DNA of 64,000 nucleotides from an uncultured Pseudomonadota bacterium (GTDB lineage Bacteria; Myxococcota_A; Polyangia; Fen-1088): NCBI GenBank assembly GCA_963819375.1, contig CAWFVU010000009.1, positions 876,649 to 940,648 of the forward strand, read 5' to 3'. Shown piece by piece: positions 59,045 to 64,000 of this stretch (position 1 is its first letter; each line of letters starts with the position of its first letter). The notes under the pieces were generated by a model. It saw only the letters and a program-made list of their open reading frames with translations, ran no database searches and was not told where the DNA came from. The position numbers and the translations under genes were made by a program.

Positions 59045-60595
59045 ATGTCTTCTTTTCCGCGCACTCCACACTCAGGCCCCTCGCAGGGTGAGGTGGAGGA
59101 TCGTTTTCGCCTTCTGGTCGAGAGCGTCAAGGACTACGCGATTTTCATTCTCGACACCGGTGGCCACGTCGCGACCTGGAACCTGGGCGCCGAGCGCATC
59201 AAGGGGTACAAGGCCGACGAGATCATCGGCAAGCATTTCTCGATCTTCTATCCGCCAGAAGACATCGCGGCGGGCAAGACCCAGCGAGAGCTCGAGATTG
59301 CGACGCGTGAGGGCCGCTTCGAGGAGGAGGGCTGGCGCGTTCGCAAGGACGGCTCACGCATGTGGGCCAACGTGACTATCACCGCCCTACGCAATCCTGA
59401 CGGCTCGCTGGTCGGGTTCGCGAAGGTCACGCGCGACCTCACCGAGCGCCGACGAGCCGACGAAGAGACCCATCGCTTCCGCCTTCTGGTCGAAAGCGTC
59501 AAGGACTACGCTATTTTCATCCTCGATACGGGCGGGCACGTCGCGACCTGGAACCTGGGAGCCGAACGTATCAAGGGATACAAGGCCGACGAGATCATCG
59601 GCAAACACTTCTCGATCTTCTATCCACCCGAGGACGTCGCGGAGGGCAAGACCCAGCGAGAGCTCGAGATCGCGACGCGCGACGGTCGCTTCGAGGAGGA
59701 GGGCTGGCGCGTTCGCAAGGACGGCTCACGCATGTGGGCCAACGTCACCATCACCGCTCTACGCAATCCCAACGGCACGCTGTTCGGGTTCGCGAAGGTC
59801 ACGCGCGACCTTACCGAGCGCCGACAAGCCGAGGAGGCCCGACGCTCGCTGGCGGTCGAACGCGCGGAGCTCGCAGAGAGGGCCCGCGTTCAGGAATTCC
59901 AGGAGCGCTTCATCGCGATCTTGGGACACGATCTGCGTAATCCGCTGGCAGCGATCGACTATGGAGCGGGACTCTTGCAGCGGCGCGCTACCGATCCGGC
60001 GATGCGGCGAACTGTTGATCGGATGCGCACGAGCTCTGTGCGAATGTCGCGAATGATCGAGCAGATTCTCGATCTCACACGCGCGCGGCTCGGCGGCGGC
60101 CTCGAACTGAAGCGCACGCGCCTGAACATCGCAGAGATGCTCCCCCGCATCATCGACGAGCTGCGCGCGACGCATCCGTCGGCGACACTCGACGTCAGTT
60201 GTTCCTCCTTGGAGGGTGACTGGGACGAAGATCGGCTCGAGCAGGTTTTCTCAAATATCATCGGCAACGCGATCGTGTACGGCGAGCCTTTCAAGCCCAT
60301 CAGAGTAGAAGGCCGCAGCGAAGGCGACCTGGTGCTGGTCGTCGTGCACAACTACGGCAAACCGATCCCGGAAGATCTTCAAGCGAACCTGTTCGATCCC
60401 TTCCGGCGAGGAGAGCGAGACAGCCAGTCATCTAAGACCGAGGGCCTCGGGCTCGGACTCTACATTTCGAATGAAGTCGTGAAAGCGCACGGTGGCCGGA
60501 TCGAAGTGAAGTCGAACCTGGAGGACGGGACGACGTTCCGTGTGATCCTGCCTTTGAGCGGCGATCGAGCGTCGTCTGAAAGGACGAGCGACTGA
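59045..60595 (+). CDS. sensor histidine kinase with two tandem near-identical PAS domains
   Basis: PAS unit repeated twice, then H-box LGHDLRNPLAAI and HATPase G-boxes. Confidence 0.8.
   Translation: MSSFPRTPHSGPSQGEVEDRFRLLVESVKDYAIFILDTGGHVATWNLGAERIKGYKADEIIGKHFSIFYPPEDIAAGKTQRELEIATREGRFEEEGWRVRKDGSRMWANVTITALRNPDGSLVGFAKVTRDLTERRRADEETHRFRLLVESVKDYAIFILDTGGHVATWNLGAERIKGYKADEIIGKHFSIFYPPEDVAEGKTQRELEIATRDGRFEEEGWRVRKDGSRMWANVTITALRNPNGTLFGFAKVTRDLTERRQAEEARRSLAVERAELAERARVQEFQERFIAILGHDLRNPLAAIDYGAGLLQRRATDPAMRRTVDRMRTSSVRMSRMIEQILDLTRARLGGGLELKRTRLNIAEMLPRIIDELRATHPSATLDVSCSSLEGDWDEDRLEQVFSNIIGNAIVYGEPFKPIRVEGRSEGDLVLVVVHNYGKPIPEDLQANLFDPFRRGERDSQSSKTEGLGLGLYISNEVVKAHGGRIEVKSNLEDGTTFRVILPLSGDRASSERTSD
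59093..59854 (+). repeat. 381-bp in-frame tandem duplication (2 units, about 93% identical) inside PAS kinase gene
   Basis: Unit 1 is 59093-59473 and unit 2 is 59474-59854. Both encode RFRLLVESVKDYAIFILDTGGHVATWNLGAERIKGYKADEIIGKHFSIFYPPED...GFAKVTRDLTERR. Confidence 0.75.
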
Positions 60596-60815
60596 GTGGA
60601 GAATACGGAGCCTCGCGAACCAGCGGTCACCGAATCTGCTCTTCGGCCGCACGGACTCTTATCGGAGTTGTGCTCCGCGATATGGCCCGGGCCCAGCGGC
60701 ACACGACCGGACCCGAAAACGGCACGGCATAGCACGAGCATCTCTCAGGCCCGATCGGCGAATCGTTTGCTCCGATCCTGGCGCCCCCGAAAGCGGGGCA
60801 TCGTCGTAGGACGAT

Positions 60816-60983
60816 GAAAGCTCCGCCTAAGAATCGCCATGCCGTCGGACTGGGACGACTCGGCGGTAAGAAGGGCGGGCCCGCACGGGCAAAAGCGCTC
60901 AGCGCGCAGCGGCGGCACGAGATCGCTGCTCACGCTGGGCTGACGCGAACGCGAGGGCTCACGTCCGCAGAACGAAAGAGCTA
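60816..60983 (+). CDS. small basic protein (56 aa), GRLGG-KGG-ARA family
   Basis: MKAPPKNRHAVGLGRLGGKKGGPARAKALSAQRRHEIAAHAG. Paralogous to the segment at 63170-63403 (-). Confidence 0.4.
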
Positions 60984-61439
60984 GCCCGGCGTGCGGCGCT
61001 CGCGCGCTGGTCGCACCGGCCCTCGAGTTAGAGCGCGGTTCCGACAAGGCGCAGGCCTGACACCTTCTCTGCGTTCGTGCTCAGGTTGCCCGATCCCGCA
61101 TACGCTGCGCTCACGACAAGCGCCGCCGCCATGAGAATCGGTCCTGATGCAATCAGAGCGACGACCTTGGTGACCCATGTTGTACGGTCCTTCATCGCCT
61201 CCACCTATCCAGTCTGATCCCGAAAGAGCCTGTGGTCTGAGTGACGAGCAGACAAGGCGACCTCAAAAAAGGGCGGTCGATCGGCTGGTACGAAAGCGAG
61301 GCCGGGTCTCGATCGCCACAAAACAGGCGAGAGCAAAAGTCAGCTCGCAGCTCGAACCAATCGCCAACACGCGGCCTCCTGGGGACGAATGTCCATTGCG
61401 CTCCCTACGCAGCGCCCCCAGCTTTGTGTAAAGAATTCA

Positions 61440-61949
61440 ATGAGCGCCGCCGTTCCAACAACAGGCAGTCCGCTATCACGTCGCCTCGTGACCTCGCCAA
61501 AGACACGCGAGCGGTCACCGATCGTAATGACGGTCGACGACGACGCGGACCTCCAAATATCAATCGTCGACGTTCTGGAGGACAAGGGATTCTGTCCCGT
61601 TGTCGCCGCCGACGGTCTGGAAGCGCTCGACTTACTCCGCGGCGGCTTTCGTCCCTCGATGATCTTGTTAGACCTGAGGATGCCCCGCATGGACGGCTGG
61701 ACATTTCGTCGCGAGCAAAATAAAGATGTCGCTCTGCGGGACATCCCCGTGGTCGTAACCACAGCGGAGCCTTTCAGTGATTCCGAAAGAAAGATCGAGT
61801 TCGGTAACGTTGGTTGGCTGCCAAAGCCTTTCGGGCTCGATGCATTAGTGACCGCCGTCGAGAACGCGCTTGTGTCGGGGCGAGACGCGGATATTCGGGA
61901 CGACAACAAAAAGGGCATCAAATCATTCTCGCGAGGTCACAGCTCGTAG
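61440..61949 (+). CDS. CheY-like receiver domain protein
   Basis: VMTVDDDADLQISI...MILLDLRMPRMDGW...VVVTTAE...LPKPF. Confidence 0.7.
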   Translation: MSAAVPTTGSPLSRRLVTSPKTRERSPIVMTVDDDADLQISIVDVLEDKGFCPVVAADGLEALDLLRGGFRPSMILLDLRMPRMDGWTFRREQNKDVALRDIPVVVTTAEPFSDSERKIEFGNVGWLPKPFGLDALVTAVENALVSGRDADIRDDNKKGIKSFSRGHSS

Positions 61950-62153
61950 GCGTCAAGTCGATCCGGTCGAGCAAGGCCCGAAATTATCTTCTCCGGTCCC
62001 GAAGGACGCGCCAGAAGCGAAGTGTTCCCCTTCACGGATGCCCCAAGTGCGGTGCCTTCATGAGGCGAGCGCGGCGGCGAAGCGAGGAGCGGCGACCAAG
62101 AGCAGCTTGCGACGCTATCGGGCGGCCCCACCCACCATCTTCGGTTGTCCGTG

Positions 62154-62727
62154 CTATCGCTCAGGTCCGCGGCTGCGTCCCAGCTCGCGTCGAATCGCCT
62201 CCGCGCGCTCGCGACCGAAGAGGTGATCGACGACCTCGACGAAGTTCAGATTCGCGCGCCGAGGGTCCGCCACTGCGTGGCTCATCTCGTGCTTCCACCG
62301 CGAGCGCAGCACCTCGAAGACCAAGGGTTGTCGTCGGTGAATCTGCTCGATGACCTCGACGTCGTGCTGGTAGCCCCGGAGCGTCTTCATCAGGACGAGG
62401 TCGTGCCGCTCCGGAACCACGACTGTCAGCCGCTTCAGGCGTAGCTCACGAAGCGGGATCGAATCGATCCTCGAAGTCGTAAGGAGCATCCGCCACTGCG
62501 GCGAAGGAGACCGGAATGGTCAGGCCAGTAGAACGCTGCGCGGCTTCGACCGCCTTCTGGACGACCGGAGTCAGCGGATGGAAGGTGTCGATATCGTCGG
62601 TCGGCCGGGTCGCTCCATACGCGAGAGCTGCAGCGGCACCGCCGATGACGAGGATGGAGGTGGGCTCGGGCAGCGCCGCGTCGATGGCCTCGACGAAGCG
62701 TTCAAGTTCCTGAGGAGGGTGACGCAC
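62154..62727 (-). pseudogene. nucleotidyltransferase (AbiEii/DUF6036-like) with 1-nt frameshift
   Basis: ILVIGGAAAALAYGATRPTDDIDTF (Pol-beta-type GG...DID motif). An extra C near 62470 splits the ORF relative to copy A. Downstream frame: LRLKRLTVVVPERHDLVLMKTLRGYQHDVEVIEQI. Confidence 0.55.
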
Positions 62728-63403
62728 GGAAGGTCTTTCGGAAGAGGGTCTCGAAGCTATCGAAGGGCATATTCATCAGGAACCGCCATCGCCGAGCGAC
62801 CGGTGGCGTGTTGAGGGCAGCCAGCTCCTTCCCGACTAGGCTCTTCTCGGCGCCCTCGAAGAAGAAGGTGTTCGAAGGCGGCCGATCCCGCCTTAGATCT
62901 GTGTATTCGGGGGCGAATGGCCGACTCCCGGCAAGCTCGGACGTCAGTTCCAGGAAGAACCCGAGAGTAGCTCCCTTCTTCGCTCGCCGTGCACGGCGGA
63001 CCAAATCGGCGAGCCGTAGCGTCTCGCGATTGGCCCAGAGCATCACGGGGAGTGCCCTCGCCACGGACGCGTCCGTGTGAGCCAGGCGGAGGCCCAGGAC
63101 CACGACCTGCTCGGGGTCCGGGGCCCGCCTGTTTGCGACGGCGGCGCGAGTCAGCGGCGCGCCTAGGTCGCGAAGCCAGCTTCTCACCGTTGGGGCCGTG
63201 GGCGTCGCGGTGGACCACCGGGCTCGAGCAGCGCGGCTAGCGAGCTCCCTTCGTTCCTCGGCCGAGAGACTCCTCGTGCGTGCCGCTGAAGCCTGGCGGG
63301 CTATCTCTCGGCGGCGGCGAGCAGTCAGGGCTCTCGCACGGGCTCTTCCGCCCTTGGCACCGCCGAGGCGTCCTAGTGCGACAGCATGAGGGTTCTTGGT
63401 CAC
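62702..63403 (-). CDS. putative cognate partner of the nucleotidyltransferase; N-terminal GRLGG-KGG-ARA basic module
   Basis: GTG at 63403. VTKNPHAVALGRLGGAKGGRARARALTARRRREIARQASAAR is homologous to 60816-60983. The ORF continues about 170 aa to overlap the nucleotidyltransferase start, and the C-terminal half could be a spurious read-through. Confidence 0.35.
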   Translation of the reverse strand: MTKNPHAVALGRLGGAKGGRARARALTARRRREIARQASAARTRSLSAEERRELASRAARARWSTATPTAPTVRSWLRDLGAPLTRAAVANRRAPDPEQVVVLGLRLAHTDASVARALPVMLWANRETLRLADLVRRARRAKKGATLGFFLELTSELAGSRPFAPEYTDLRRDRPPSNTFFFEGAEKSLVGKELAALNTPPVARRWRFLMNMPFDSFETLFRKTFRASPSSGT

Positions 63404-63824
63404 TGCGTGTATTCTACCATGCCCGTTCAAGCGAGCATACGGTATCGCCGTGAGCGAGCCGATGCTTGAGTATCCTCGGCTGCTAGAGCGTGTCCGTGAA
63501 GTCATCGCTGACGTGCGCACCCTTGCCGTGGTGCGCTTCGACGAGACCACCCGTACGATAATCGACGGCCGGACGGCCGGGTTCTGCAAGCTGATCGCCG
63601 ACCGCGCGACCTGCGCGATCCTGGGCTGCCACGTTGTTGGCGAGCGGGCGGTCGAGATAGTCCAAGTGGTTGCGGTCGCCATTGCCGCAGGGATGCGAGT
63701 GGACGACCTGGCCCGGGTTCCCCTCTCATTTCCCACGTATACCGCTATGCCCGGGCGCGCAGCATACCGCGCCGCCCAGCAGCTCAATCTGGCAGTAGGC
63801 GGCCACGTGTCCCCCCCTGCGTGA
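63396..63824 (+). pseudogene. orphan C-terminal fragment of a pyridine nucleotide-disulfide oxidoreductase (dimerisation domain)
   Basis: GFCKLIADRATCAILGCHVVGERAVEIVQVVAVAIAAGMRVDDLARVPLSFPTYTAMPGRAAY is the Pyr_redox_dim signature. No FAD or NAD-binding N-terminal part is present upstream. Confidence 0.5.
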
Positions 63825-64000
63825 GTCGTGTTGACGATTCCGCCATCAGTGCCATGTACCCAGACACTGTCTCACCGTCTTGGCTTCAGCCGTGCGGAGC
63901 GTACGCGGGTCAGCGCCTTCTACGCGACGATCGTCCTCTTACACTTTGGTGGCTGGGGCCTGTTTCTGCACTACTCGTCGCGCCATCCCGCCCTCGCAGG

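Noticed and set aside
1-64000. CRISPR arrays, rRNA, insertion sequences with transposase
   Set aside because: No regularly spaced short direct repeats, no rRNA-like conserved stretches and no transposase or integrase motifs (DDE, R-H-R-Y) were seen on either strand.

Overview
This 64-kb window is about 68-72% GC by eye and looks like a Myxococcota-type chromosome, with Myxococcus-style cysteine-rich CGDG/CDDGN repeats, many lipoproteins and dense two-component signalling. No rRNA, intact tRNA or CRISPR array is visible. From 5' to 3': (1) a tightly coupled four-gene operon (2-9396, +) of large uncharacterised proteins, including a 1583-aa giant, with no NTPase motifs or signal peptides; the last gene ends in a beta-helix resembling ice-binding-like DUF3494. 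This is the best candidate for an undescribed multi-protein system. (2) A DNA-maintenance cluster: DUF72, family-4 uracil-DNA glycosylase, a small Cys protein and topoisomerase IB. (3) A signalling block: REC-GAF-histidine kinase, a CheY-like regulator, a PAS/PAS hybrid kinase with two receivers, and a GAF-REC-GGDEF cyclase; then cardiolipin synthase, a His-repeat lipoprotein and a DUF3592 protein. (4) A decayed duplicated NarL-type two-component locus. (5) A di-haem cytochrome c peroxidase (MbnH/MauG-like) with an upstream lipoprotein partner. (6) A roughly 9-kb low-GC island (about 29.4-38.8 kb) bounded by remnants of a nucleotidyltransferase gene, a tRNA 3' fragment and an excisionase-like HTH gene. 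It carries an operon of a 278-aa protein, a 913-aa zinc phospholipase-C-like protein, a 450-aa protein and a COG0523 metallochaperone GTPase, plus a divergent 686-aa protein with remarkable Trp/Cys-rich motifs (WPCWPIWWECWPWWW) and a DUF1360 gene. (7) An intradiol dioxygenase-like gene and a 10-kb block of secreted or lipoprotein genes: Myxococcus Cys-rich repeat protein, a CarboxypepD_reg-like lipoprotein, an alpha/beta hydrolase, a Cys-rich lipoprotein and a 1038-aa LVIVD beta-propeller lipoprotein, with a repeated palindromic intergenic element. (8) More signalling genes: a NarL regulator, a hybrid kinase, a GAF kinase and a PAS kinase with an internal 381-bp tandem duplication. (9) A patchwork 3' end: small basic protein paralogues, a CheY-like regulator, a frameshifted nucleotidyltransferase with a partner ORF, and an orphan oxidoreductase fragment. 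At least two frameshifts sit in G7 homopolymers, so some apparent pseudogenes may be sequencing errors.
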